From Tubulanus polymorphus (Eukaryota > Animalia > Nemertea): DNA of 64,000 bases. The position numbers and the translations under genes were made by a program. The DNA is taken from the NCBI RefSeq assembly GCF_964204645.1, contig NC_134027.1, positions 23,646,560 to 23,710,559 of the forward strand, in the 5' to 3' direction. Under the pieces are notes generated by a model. The model was not told where the DNA came from. It saw nothing but the letters and a program-made list of their open reading frames with translations, and did not search any database. This document shows positions 1 through 10,861 of this stretch, piece by piece (within the stretch, counting starts at the first letter, position 1; each line of letters starts with the position of its first letter).

Positions 1-379
1 ATAGCGGCAAAGTAGCGATAACGGGTTTTCTACAAAGATTAACGTTTCACTGATAAAAAAATAAATTGCCGAAGATTCGAACCAGACACATAACTGCAGA
101 AAATTACAAAGCGCACCTGAAATGAATAGGTGCTGACTTGATTTGGATATTCTCGGATATCCTCTTCTTTACATATTATCGGGTACATGTCCATACAGGT
201 AAAACGTATGCAGGTGTGGTAGGTTTGTAAGGGACACCAAAACAGAAAATCAAACGAAATACCAATCAAATAATAGCAGGGTTAATCCCTATTTTAAGAT
301 CGAAAGTGTATAGAGTACGGAATACCTGAATGGACATGCCGATTGAAAGTAAAATATTTCCGCCGGTGTTCGTTGTCTG

Positions 380-513
380 GGGCTCCAACTAGAAACCGAC
401 CGGAGCCGGCTGGAACCGACCGGAACCGACTGGAAAACGACCGGAACTGACTGGAGCCGACTGGGAACCGACCAGAGCCGACCGGAACTGACTAGAACCG
501 ACTGGAAACCGAA
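380..513 (+). mobile_element. Left end of a TIR DNA element with 10-11 bp subterminal repeats (GGAACCGACT/C); copies at 4936-5069, 9507-9650, partial 13725-13790 and 15300-15365
   Basis: GGGCTCC(A/T)ACTAGAAACCGACCGGAGCCG... is the reverse complement of 16136-16193; each full left end is preceded by TTGTCTG. Confidence 0.7.
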
Positions 514-773
514 ATAAACCTTAGAATGTTATTCACTGAATGAAGCATCAAAATAAATTCGTTGCCTCTTTGTTTTCGCGTGTTTTCTGTAGAAAAATAA
601 GAGAATAGAATGAAAAGTTCACAGATTTGTTGAAAACAAATTTGTTGTCCGAAATTTCTATGAGTTGTAGAAATAAACCTTAGAATGTTATTCACTGAAT
701 GTCAGTGTATCCAGTCAACAGCAAATACGGATTAAGAAGGGTTGTATGACGGGATTCAAACTTGAAATACTGG

Positions 774-1724
774 TTACTCGACTGATTTTCTATTACAGCG
801 GATTTCCATACAGAAATATTCACGAATTTCTCGTCCCAGTAAAAGATATATGTAAAAATTCAACACATAGTTACAAATGTGGATTTGAGCGAAAATATCG
901 TATAGATATTCTTTCTTTTCCGTAAAGATTGGTAACATCGCAGTGATAGTGGTGGGAAGTGTGAAAATTGCAAACACGAGTGAAACTGTTACAAGCATCA
1001 TTGTTATGCGCTTTGACTTGGCAGTTTTCCGATCAGACCTAACCATTTGTGCACCTCTGAATAACTGAACTATTATAACAGAATTTGATGCTAGAATCAA
1101 AGATAATGGCAGGACAAAAACGTAGACGCCAATTGGAGTCAAAAATTTTATCTGGTAATGCAATTCGTAGAAAAATCCGAAAAACTTGTCGGTAAATTGA
1201 ATCGACAAAGCAGGGTGAATCGAAACCAGTACATTCACTGCGGTTATCGTCAATATAACGAATCTAGCGAATCTAGGTGTACATATCAAACGAGATGTGA
1301 ACGGGAAAAGCACGACTGCCGCACGTTCTAGAGATATTGCTGCTATCAACCACGAACTGTTAGAAGTAGCAACTGCCATCAAAAACTCGTAAATTTTACA
1401 ACTGATCACTGAATTCATGATGAATGTAGGACCGGTGTTAAGATTCAAGAGAACAAACTGTAAAATGGGCATCAGTGTGAAATTGACGCAGTACAGGAAA
1501 TCACAAACTGACAAAACGATCAGATAGTTAGCGTAAGATAACCTGTGGAATCTGCGACTTATCATTATCAGGAAAGTAGCTGAGTTTCCGAATGCTCCGA
1601 CCAGGAACACGATTGGCAGGACGACCAGTGACACAATGCGATAAGTTTCAGATCTGTTTACCGCAGACATGATGACAATGTAACTGCTGTAAGTTCGTCC
1701 GATCTGCATCAGAGTTGAATTCAT
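774..1724 (-). CDS. Class A (rhodopsin-like) GPCR, receptor A copy 1, intronless, peptide-receptor-like orphan
   Basis: 316-aa ORF with 7 hydrophobic segments, GN in TM1 (GAFGNS), LSVCD in TM2, CK at top of TM3, SLER (DRY-like), FAIFTLP in TM6, NYVLNFYIY (NPxxY-like), N-terminal NST/NRS sequons. Confidence 0.92.
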   Translation of the reverse strand: MNSTLMQIGRTYSSYIVIMSAVNRSETYRIVSLVVLPIVFLVGAFGNSATFLIMISRRFHRLSYANYLIVLSVCDFLYCVNFTLMPILQFVLLNLNTGPTFIMNSVISCKIYEFLMAVATSNSSWLIAAISLERAAVVLFPFTSRLICTPRFARFVILTITAVNVLVSIHPALSIQFTDKFFGFFYELHYQIKFLTPIGVYVFVLPLSLILASNSVIIVQLFRGAQMVRSDRKTAKSKRITMMLVTVSLVFAIFTLPTTITAMLPIFTEKKEYLYDIFAQIHICNYVLNFYIYLLLGREIREYFCMEIRCNRKSVE

Positions 1725-2752
1725 TATTCACGCGGGAAGAATTAACTCTTGAATGTGTTGACTGAATGCGTCAAAAGACTAACGCAAATTAAAGCCATGT
1801 CCTATCTATTGAAGTTTCCAATGTAGAGCTGTTCGCATCAGCTGAAAAGTATATTCTCGCAAATGTAGCTCAGATTTTGTTAAATTATTACGTAAAATAT
1901 GAATTTAACTAGATTGAATATTAATATTCGTTGTTGAAGAATTCACTAAGAATAAAATGGCGAAGTCTCTCATAGTAAAAGATCCGAACAGATTGGGAAT
2001 AGTTTGCACACGTTTTCAATTCGCTCTAAGGGAGGTCAGAATGATTTCACAATATGAATCCTAGCCTGAAATAATTATAATCACACCCGGAAGTAAACTA
2101 GGGCTACTAACGCTCGCGCGCCATCTGTCGGTACTCAATGCGGAGAGCCCCGGCATTGGATTGGACAACAATCTCAGATACCGGAGGTCCCGAGCTAAGG
2201 CCCTGAATTAGTTTTAATCATCTTTTTGTGGTCACTGTATTGTATACCGTGTTTGTTATCCTATTGTATTATATATTCTTACGCGCGTGCTATCATGCTT
2301 TTCACAGAAAATTCTGAACTGATTATGGCACTCCCATTTCTCAAATCTCGAGGACCCGACTGAGTAACATGCGTATTAGACATTATAGACGAAAGTTATT
2401 TCCTACGAAAAACCCAAACTTAAACGTATTTTAAGTAAGTATTTTGATTTCTGCGTAATTCAGAAATAACGTCTTTGTTGGATCTAGTGAATATGATACA
2501 GATGTGCAGAATAGAATATTGATGTCCCAAGTAGTGTATATATTGATCTATATATATGTAATATAAAGGGATTCAAGTAATTCAATTCTTCTTGATCGAA
2601 ACTGATATCAATGATAAAGGGTCTAAAAAACCAATATCTAATACAACGAAAACTGAACTCTAAATCGAATGAACTTTCCTCCGGTTTTCGAATAAGATTC
2701 ACAATAGAATAATCGAACTGTTTTACAGAGATTGCCGCTCACAGCTAATGAG
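1725..2752. promoter_or_regulatory. ~1 kb divergent intergenic region between receptors A and B (candidate bidirectional promoter), repeated at 6281-7311 and 10862-11892
   Basis: Head-to-head geometry; AAAATGGCG (YY1-like) 1954-1962, CCGGAAGT (ETS-like) 2087-2094, GCGCCATCTGTCGG (CTCF-like) 2118-2131. The motifs are short, so function is inferred only. Confidence 0.35.
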
Positions 2753-3838
2753 ATGTTCGATAACAACATTACTAGTACAACTGCTGCATTGACAACACTT
2801 CAACTCAGCTTGTGTCAAAGAATTCAAACTGATCCTGTTCGGTGGATTAACAAACTAAGCGTTTTTCTGTATTTAGGCTGGTACCTACCGGCGTCTGTAT
2901 TGGGTTTAATATTCAACGCATTCACGTTGTTAGTTCTAAAACAATTTAAATCTGATAATTATTTTCTCATCAAAATTCTCGCTTTGAACGATCTTTTATT
3001 CATGGTCACTACATTCATTCTGTATCCGCTGAGAACCGCGTACGTTTACGTCGTTTTAGGAGATCTTGTATTTCGCTGGAACGATTGGAATTTCGGTTGG
3101 ATTTTCATCTCAGTCGGCATGCCGTTTTTCTACATGTTTCAAATGACACGTATTTGGTGCACTGTACTGCTCAGTCTAGAGCGGTTAATCGTCGTATTGT
3201 TTCCAATCAAATCTCGCAGATTACCCAAAAGATTTATATCAAAATGGGTGACGGTGTTTATTTCATTGGTAAGTTTTTGTGGACATTCTAGTCAATTCTT
3301 TCCTGAACGCCAACTTGGATTCTTGAGCTGTCCAGTCAATTGGCCTTATATTACACTCCGCACAAGGAAATATCAGTATTTTGATCGATGGGGTCTGGAA
3401 AAATGGCGTTTTGTTATATCCGACAGATATCTATTCATGTATGTTACTGTATTGATCCCAATTTGTTTTTTGATTTTCATCAATGTTATTCTTATTTCGG
3501 TGACATTTTTGCGTCGGGTTACTCGACGTTCAGAGCTCGGTGTAACGGACGAATCGTCTAGAAAGGAAATGAGGGTTTTGAGGATGGTTTTATCAGTCGT
3601 TTCGTTGTTTATCATTTGTGAAGGTTTCGGTTTTATCGACCGCCTAATGAGGTTAGAATACATCCCGAACATCGCGAGTATGAGTCTGATAGCGTTGGGG
3701 TTTTCCATCATCGATTCGTCGGTAAACTTTATCGTGTATTGCGCCACAAACGAAAAATTCAGAAAAGTAGCTATTGATATTCTGAGGAACACCCGTTACA
3801 GAAAACTGGATTCGATGGCCCACAGACAGCAAATCTAG
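2753..3838 (+). CDS. Class A GPCR, receptor B copy 1, intronless, FMRFamide/peptide-receptor-like orphan
   Basis: ORF track starts at TTG 2732; first in-frame ATG is 2753 (MFDNNITS, sequon NIT). GLIFN (TM1), LALND (TM2), SLER (TM3), LIP (TM5), DSSVNFIVY (TM7), NEKFR helix 8. A possible acceptor TTTTACAG at 2721-2728 suggests a 5'UTR intron. Confidence 0.9.
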   Translation: MFDNNITSTTAALTTLQLSLCQRIQTDPVRWINKLSVFLYLGWYLPASVLGLIFNAFTLLVLKQFKSDNYFLIKILALNDLLFMVTTFILYPLRTAYVYVVLGDLVFRWNDWNFGWIFISVGMPFFYMFQMTRIWCTVLLSLERLIVVLFPIKSRRLPKRFISKWVTVFISLVSFCGHSSQFFPERQLGFLSCPVNWPYITLRTRKYQYFDRWGLEKWRFVISDRYLFMYVTVLIPICFLIFINVILISVTFLRRVTRRSELGVTDESSRKEMRVLRMVLSVVSLFIICEGFGFIDRLMRLEYIPNIASMSLIALGFSIIDSSVNFIVYCATNEKFRKVAIDILRNTRYRKLDSMAHRQQI

Positions 3839-5329
3839 TATGGGATCATTCATTTATTACGTGCGCATAAAATTTGAATATTTCAACGCCATACCCCTAT
3901 ACGCAATATCGGCCATTTTTCTTATATATTAAGCATTACAGTAAGCAATTGCACTGACCCCTCCCCTAATGCGTACGTAATAAATGAATGACAATTAGCT
4001 GAATAAGACTCTAAGCTTTTTTTATGTCGTAAGGAGCTAATAACACAAAAACAGCCATACAAACCCTGATATCCGTTTAAGGTATTCAAGACATTGAACG
4101 GTATAGAATTTAGAACGATTTTTTTTTCACTAGCGTGAACGCTTGGTCCATTCTTAGTTTGCGCGGGCTGAATTTAGAACGTTCTCAATTTCAATGCGAA
4201 CGCGACTGATTCTGTGCGCATTAGCTGAATGTGTTATCCTGCTCAGTTACTCCTCAAGGTTAGGGACAATTTCTAAAAGATTTCTAATATTCTAATATTA
4301 TATATATTCGCTTCATCAAGTGCATTTACAATTTGCTATTGCTATTGCTATATAAGTTTATTTCATTACTAAAAAGTACATTTACAAAAATACAGTCATC
4401 ACTAATACATAAAATATAGAATGTAATTTGTAAAGCGTAGTAAAGAACTAGGGGAAAAGGGGACCCCAAGGGGTTATTCCAGTAATAAAAAGCCTAATGC
4501 CCTGGCGGAATAATTGGACAGGAAGTTGAACAACAAATAGATATCAAATAGAAAATATAGCGGCAAAGTAGCGATAACGGGTTTTCTACAAAGATTAACG
4601 TTTCACTGATGAAAAAATAAATTGCCGACGATTCGAACCAGACACATAACTGCAGAAAATTACAAAGTGCACCTGAAATGAATAGGTGCTGACTTGATTT
4701 GGATATTCTCGGATATCCTCTTCTTTACATATTATCGGGTATATGTCCATACAGGTAAAACGTATGCAGGTGTGGTAGGTTTGTAAGGGACACCAAAACA
4801 GAAAATCAAACGAAATACCAATCAAATAATAGCAGGGTTAATCCCTATTTTAAGATCGAAAGTGTATAGAGTACGGAATACCTGAATGGACATGCCGATT
4901 GAAAGTAAAATATTTCCGCCGGTGTTCGTTGTCTGGGGCTCCAACTAGAAACCGACCGGAGCCGGCTGGAACCGACCGGAACCGACTGGAAACCGACCGG
5001 AACTGACTGGAGCCGACTGGGAACCGACCAGAGCCGACCGGAACTGACTAGAACCGACTGGAAACCGAAATAAACCTTAGAATGTTATTCACTGAATGAA
5101 GCATCAAAATAAATTCGTTGCCTCTTTGTTTTCGTGTGTTTTCTGTAGAAAAATAAGAGAATAGAATGAAAAGTTCACAGATTTGTTGAAAGAAAATTTG
5201 TTGTCCGAAATTTCTATGAGTTGTAGAAATAAACCTTAGAATGTTATTCACTGAATGTCAGTGTATCCAGTCAACAGCAAATACGGATTAAGAAGGGTTG
5301 TATGACGGGATTCAAACTTGAAATACTGG

Positions 5330-6280
5330 TTACTCGACTGATTTTCTATTACAGCGGATTTTCATACAGAAATATTCACGAATTTCTCGTCCCAGTAAAA
5401 GATATATGTAAAAATTCAACACATAGTTACAAATAAGGAATTGAGCGAAAATATCGTATAGATATTCTTTCTTTTCCGTAAAGATTGGTAACATCGCAGT
5501 GATAGTGGTGGGAAGTGTAAAAATTGCAAACACGAGTGAAACTGTTACAAGCATCATTGTTATGCGCTTTGACTTGGCAGTTTTCCGATCAGACCTAACC
5601 ATTTGTGCACCTCTGAATAACTGAACTATTATAACAGAATTTGATGCTAGAATCAAAGATAATGGCAGGACAAAAACGTAGACGCCAGTTGGAATCAAAA
5701 ATTTTATCTGGTAATGCAATTCGTAGAAACATCCGAAAAACTTGTCGGTAAATTGAATCGACAAAGCAGGGTGAATCGAAACCAGTACGTTCACTGCGGT
5801 TATCGTCAATATAACGAATCTAGCGAATCTAGGTGTACATATCAAACGAGATGTGAACGGGAAAAGCACGACTGCCGCACGTTCTAGAGATATTGCTTCT
5901 ATCAACCACGAACTGTTAGAAGTAGCAACTGCCATCAAAAACTCGTAAATTTTACAACTGATCACTGAATCCATGATGAATGTAGGACCGGTGTTAAGAT
6001 TCAAGAGAACAAACTGTAAAATGGGCATCAGTGTGAAATTGACGCAGTACAGGAAATCACAAACTGACAAAACGATCAGATAGTTAGCGTAAGATAACCT
6101 GTGGAATCTGCGACTTATCATTATCAGGAAAGTAGCTGAATTTCCGAATGCTCCGACCAGGAACAAGATTGGCAGGACGACCAGTGACACAATGCGATAA
6201 GTTTCAGATCTGTTTACCGCAGACATGATGACAATGTAACTGTTGTAAGTTCGTCCGATCTGCATCAGAGTTGAATTCAT
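5330..6280 (-). CDS. Class A GPCR, receptor A copy 2
   Basis: 316-aa ORF nearly identical to 774..1724 (offset 4556). Confidence 0.92.
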   Translation of the reverse strand: MNSTLMQIGRTYNSYIVIMSAVNRSETYRIVSLVVLPILFLVGAFGNSATFLIMISRRFHRLSYANYLIVLSVCDFLYCVNFTLMPILQFVLLNLNTGPTFIMDSVISCKIYEFLMAVATSNSSWLIEAISLERAAVVLFPFTSRLICTPRFARFVILTITAVNVLVSIHPALSIQFTDKFFGCFYELHYQIKFLIPTGVYVFVLPLSLILASNSVIIVQLFRGAQMVRSDRKTAKSKRITMMLVTVSLVFAIFTLPTTITAMLPIFTEKKEYLYDIFAQFLICNYVLNFYIYLLLGREIREYFCMKIRCNRKSVE

Positions 6281-7311
6281 TGTTCACGCGGGAAGAATTA
6301 ACTCTTGAAGGTGTTGACTGAATGCGTCAAAAGACTAACGCAAATTAAAGCCATGTCCTATCTATTGAAGTTTCCAATGTATAGCTGTTCGCAACAGATG
6401 AAAAGTATATTTTCGCAAATGTAACTCAGATTTTGTTAAATTATTACGTAAAATATGAATTTAACTAGATTGAATATTAATATTCGATGTTGAAGAATTC
6501 ACTAAGAATAAAATGGCGAAGTCTCTCATAGTAAAAGATCTGAACAGATTGGGAATAGTTTGCACACGTTTTCAATTCGCTCTAAGGGAGGTGAGAATGA
6601 TTTCACAATATGAATCCCAGCCTGAAATAATGATAATCACACCCGGAAGTAAACTAGGGCTACTAACGCTCGCGCGCCATCTGTCGGTACTAAATGCGGA
6701 GAGCCCCGGCATTGGATTGCACAACAATCTCAGATACCGGAGGTCCCGAGCTAAGGCCCTGAATTAGTTTTAATCATCTTTTTGTGGTCACTGTATTGTA
6801 TACCGTGTTTGTTATCCTATTGTATTATTATATATTCTTACGCGCGTGCTATCATGCTTTTCACAGAAAATTCTGAACTGATTATGGCACTCCCATTTCT
6901 CAAATCTCGAGGACCCGACTGAGTAACATGCGTATTAGACATTATAGACGAAAGTTATTTCCTATGAAAAACCCAAACTTAAACGTATTTTAAATAAGTA
7001 TTTTGATTTCTGCGTAATTCAGAAATAACGTCTTTGTTGGATCTAGTGAATATGATACAGATGTGCAGAATAGAATATCGATGTCCCAAGTTGTGTATAT
7101 ATTGATCTATATATATGTAATATAAAGGGATTCAAGTAATTCAATTCTTCTTGATCGAAACTGATATAAATGATAAAGGATCTAAAAAACCAATATCTAA
7201 TACAACGAAAACTGAACTCTAAATCGAATCAACTTTCCTCCGGTTTTCGAATAAGATTCACAATAGAATAATCGAACGGTTTTACAGAGATTGCCGCTTA
7301 CAGCAAATGAG

Positions 7312-8397
7312 ATGTTCGATAACAACATTACTAGTACAACTGCTGCATTGACAACACTTCAACTCAGCTTGTGTCAAAGAATTCAAACTGATCCTGTTCG
7401 GTGGATTAACAAACTAAGCGTTTTTCTGTATTTAGGCTGGTACCTACCGGCGTCTGTATTGGGTTTAATATTCAACGCATTCACGTTGTTAGTTCTAAAA
7501 CAATTTAAATCTGATAATTATTTTCTCATCAAAATTCTCGCTTTGAACGATCTGTTATTCATGGCCACTACATTCATTCTGTATCCGCTGAGAACCGCGT
7601 ACGTTTACGTCGTTTTAGGAGATCTTGTATTTCGCTGGAACGATTGGAATTTCGGTTGGATTTTCATCTCAGTCGGCATGCCGTTTTTCTACATGTTTCA
7701 AATGACACGTAACTGGTGCACTGTACTGCTCAGTCTAGAGCGGTTAATCGTCGTATTGTTTCCAATCAAATCTCGCAGATTACCCAAAAGATTTATATCA
7801 AAATGGGTGACGGTGTTTATTTCATTGGTAAGTTTTTGTGGACATTCTAGTCAATTCTTTCCTGTACGCCAACTTGGATTCTTGAACTGTCCAGTCAATT
7901 GGCCTTATATTACACTCCGCACAAAGAAATATCAGTATTTTGATCGATGGGGTCTAGAAAAATGGCGTTTTCTTATATCCGACAGATATCTATTCATGTA
8001 TGTTACTGTATTGATCCCAATTTGTTTTTTGATTTTCATCAATGTTATTCTTATTTCGGTGACATTTTTGCGTCGGGTTACTCGACGTTCAGAGCTCGGT
8101 GTAACTGATGAATCGTCTAGAAGGGAAACGAGGGTTTTAAGAATGGTTTTATCAGTGGTTTTGCTGTTTATTTTTTGCGAAGGTTTTGGTTTCATTGATC
8201 GTTTAATGAGTTTGAAATATATCCACAAGTTTGAAGGCATGACACTTATAGCGTTGGGATTTTCAATCATCGATTCGTCAGTAAACTTTATCGTGTATTG
8301 CGCCACAAACGAAAAATTCAGAAAAGTAGCTATTGATATTCTGAGGAACACCCGTTACAGAAAACTGGATTCGATGGCCCACAAACAGCAAATCTAG
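7312..8397 (+). CDS. Class A GPCR, receptor B copy 2
   Basis: Paralog of 2753..3838 (offset 4559), open frame, first ATG 7312. Confidence 0.9.
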   Translation: MFDNNITSTTAALTTLQLSLCQRIQTDPVRWINKLSVFLYLGWYLPASVLGLIFNAFTLLVLKQFKSDNYFLIKILALNDLLFMATTFILYPLRTAYVYVVLGDLVFRWNDWNFGWIFISVGMPFFYMFQMTRNWCTVLLSLERLIVVLFPIKSRRLPKRFISKWVTVFISLVSFCGHSSQFFPVRQLGFLNCPVNWPYITLRTKKYQYFDRWGLEKWRFLISDRYLFMYVTVLIPICFLIFINVILISVTFLRRVTRRSELGVTDESSRRETRVLRMVLSVVLLFIFCEGFGFIDRLMSLKYIHKFEGMTLIALGFSIIDSSVNFIVYCATNEKFRKVAIDILRNTRYRKLDSMAHKQQI

Positions 8398-8400
8398 TAT

Positions 8401-8566
8401 GGGATCATTCATTTATTACGTGCGCATAAAATTTGAATATTTCAGCGCCATACCCCTATAAGCAATATCGGCTATTTTTCTTATATATTAAGCATTACAG
8501 TAAGCAATTGCACTGACCCACCCCCCCCTCCCTCCCCTAATGCGTACGTAATAAATGAATGACCCC
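8401..8566. mobile_element. ~160-bp MITE directly 3' of the receptor B stop codon (also 3842-~3995, 12982-13143, 14589-14751)
   Basis: TIRs GGGATCATTCATTTATTACGTGCGCAT / ATGCGTACGTAATAAATGAATGACCCC; TAT on both sides in copy 2. Confidence 0.75.
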
Positions 8567-9910
8567 TATCTGAATAAGACTCTAAGCTTTTTTATGTCGT
8601 AAGGAGATAATAACACAAAAACAGCCATACAAACTCTGATATCCGTTTATCGTATTCAAGACATTGAACGGTATAGAATTTAGAACGGTTTTTTTTCAAA
8701 AGCGTGAACGCTTGGTCCATTCTTAGTTTGCACGGGCTGAATTTAGAACGTTCTCAATTTTAATGTGAACGCGACTGATTCTGTGCGCATTAGAAGAATG
8801 TGTTACCCTGCTCAGTTACTCCTCAAGGTTAGGGACAATTTCTAAAAGATTTCTAATATTCTAATATTATGAATATTCGCTTCATCAAGTGCATTTACAA
8901 TTTGCTATTGCTATTGCTATATAAGTTTATTTCTTTACTAAAAAGTACATTTACAAAAATACAGTCATCACTAATACATAAAATATAGAATGTAATTTGT
9001 AAAGCGTAGTAAAGAACTAGGGGAAAAAGGGACCCCAAGGGGCTATTCCAGTAATAAAAAGCCTAATGCCCTGGCGGAATAATTGGACAGGAAGTTGAAC
9101 AACAAATAGATATCAAATAGAAAATATAGCGGCAAAGTAGCGATAACGGGTTTTCTACAAAGGTTAACGTTTCACTGATAAGAAAAAATAAATTTCCGAA
9201 GATTCGAACCAGACACATAACTGCAGAAAATTACAAAGTGCACCTGAAATGAATAGGTTCTGACTTGATTTGGATATTCTCGGATATCCTCTTCTTTACA
9301 TATTATCGGGTATATGTCCATACAGGTAAAACGCATGCAGGTGTGGTAGGTTTGTAAGGGACACCAAAACAGAAAATCAAACGAAATACCAATCAAATAA
9401 TAGCAGGGTTAATCCCTATTTTAAGATCGAAAGTGTATAGAGTACGGAATACCTGAATGGACATGCCGATTGAAAGTGAAATATTTCCGCCGGTGTTAGT
9501 TGTCTGGGGCTCCTACTAGAAACCGACCGGAGCCGACTGGAACCGACTGGAGCCGACCGGAACCGACTGGAAACCGACCGGAACTGACTGGAGCCGACTG
9601 GGAACCGACCAGAGCCGACCGGAACTGACTAGAACCGACTGGAAACCGAAATAAACCTTAGAATGTTATTCACTGAATGAAGCATCAAAATAAATTCGTT
9701 GCCTCTTTATTTTCGTGTGTTTTCTGTAGAAAAATAAGCAAATAGAATGAAAAGTTCACAGATTTGTTGAAAGAAAATTTGTTGTCCGAAATTTCTATGA
9801 GTTGTAGAAATAAACCTTAGAATGTTATTCACTGAATGTCAGTGTATCCAGTCACCAGTAAATACGGATTAAGAAGGGTTGTATGACGGGATTCAAACTT
9901 GAAATACTGG

Positions 9911-10861
9911 TTACTCGACTGATTTTCTATTACAGCGGATTTTCATACAGAAATATTCACGAATTTCTCGTCCCAGTAAAAGATATATGTAAAAATTCAA
10001 CACATAGTTACAAATAAGGAATTGAGCGAAAATATCGTACAGATATTCTTTCTTTTCCGTAAAGATTGGTAACATCGCAGTGATAGTGGTGGGAAGTGTA
10101 AAAATTGCAAACACGAGTGAAACTGTTACAAGCATCATTGTTATGCGCTTTGACTTGGTAGTTTTCCGATCAGACCTAACCATTTGTGCACCTCTGAATA
10201 ACTGAACTATTATAACAGAATTTGATGCTAGAACCAAAGATAAGGGCAGGACAAAAACGTAGACGCCAATTGGAGTCAAAAATTTTATCTGGTAATGCAA
10301 TTCGTAGAAACATCCGAAAAACTTGTCGGTAAATCGAATCGACAAAGCAGGGTGAATCGAAACCAGTACATTCACTGCGGTTATCGTCAATATAACGAAT
10401 CTAGCGAATCTAGGTGTACATATCAAACGAGATGTAAACGGGAAAAGCACGACTGCCGCACGTTCTAGAGATATTGCTGCTATCAACCACGAACTGTTAG
10501 AAGTAGCAACTGCCATCAAAAACTCGTAAATTTTACAACTGATCACTGAATCCATGATGAATGTAGGACCGGTGTTAAGATTCAAGAGAACAAACTGTAA
10601 AATGGGCATCAGTGTGAAATTGACGCAGTACAGGAAATCACAAACTGACAAAACGATCAGATAGTTAGCGTAAGATAACCTGTGGAATCTGCGACTTATC
10701 ATTATCAGGAAAGTAGCTGAATTTCCGAATGCTCCGACCAGGAACAAGATTGGCAGGACGACCAGTGACACAATGCGATAAGTTTCAGATCTGTTTACCG
10801 CAGACATGATGACAATGTAACTGTTGTAAGTTCGTCCGATCTGCATCAGAGTTGAATTCAT
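9911..10861 (-). CDS. Class A GPCR, receptor A copy 3
   Basis: 316-aa ORF nearly identical to copies 1 and 2 (offset 4581 from copy 2). Confidence 0.92.
   Translation of the reverse strand: MNSTLMQIGRTYNSYIVIMSAVNRSETYRIVSLVVLPILFLVGAFGNSATFLIMISRRFHRLSYANYLIVLSVCDFLYCVNFTLMPILQFVLLNLNTGPTFIMDSVISCKIYEFLMAVATSNSSWLIAAISLERAAVVLFPFTSRLICTPRFARFVILTITAVNVLVSIHPALSIRFTDKFFGCFYELHYQIKFLTPIGVYVFVLPLSLVLASNSVIIVQLFRGAQMVRSDRKTTKSKRITMMLVTVSLVFAIFTLPTTITAMLPIFTEKKEYLYDIFAQFLICNYVLNFYIYLLLGREIREYFCMKIRCNRKSVE

Noticed and set aside
2732-2752. TTG start for receptor B given by the ORF track
   Set aside because: Eukaryotic gene; the in-frame ATG at 2753 gives a normal N-terminus, although an upstream coding exon via the 2728 acceptor cannot be excluded.
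3373-3792. 139-aa antisense ORF repeated in each B copy (also 7932, 12513, 14120) and 17984-18382 in C
   Set aside because: Shadow ORFs opposite hydrophobic GPCR coding sequence; their repetition just follows the duplication.
6513-6767. 84-aa ORF with strong ATG context in the A/B spacer (also 11094)
   Set aside because: Unit 1 has an in-frame TAG at 2062-2064 and there is no recognisable domain.
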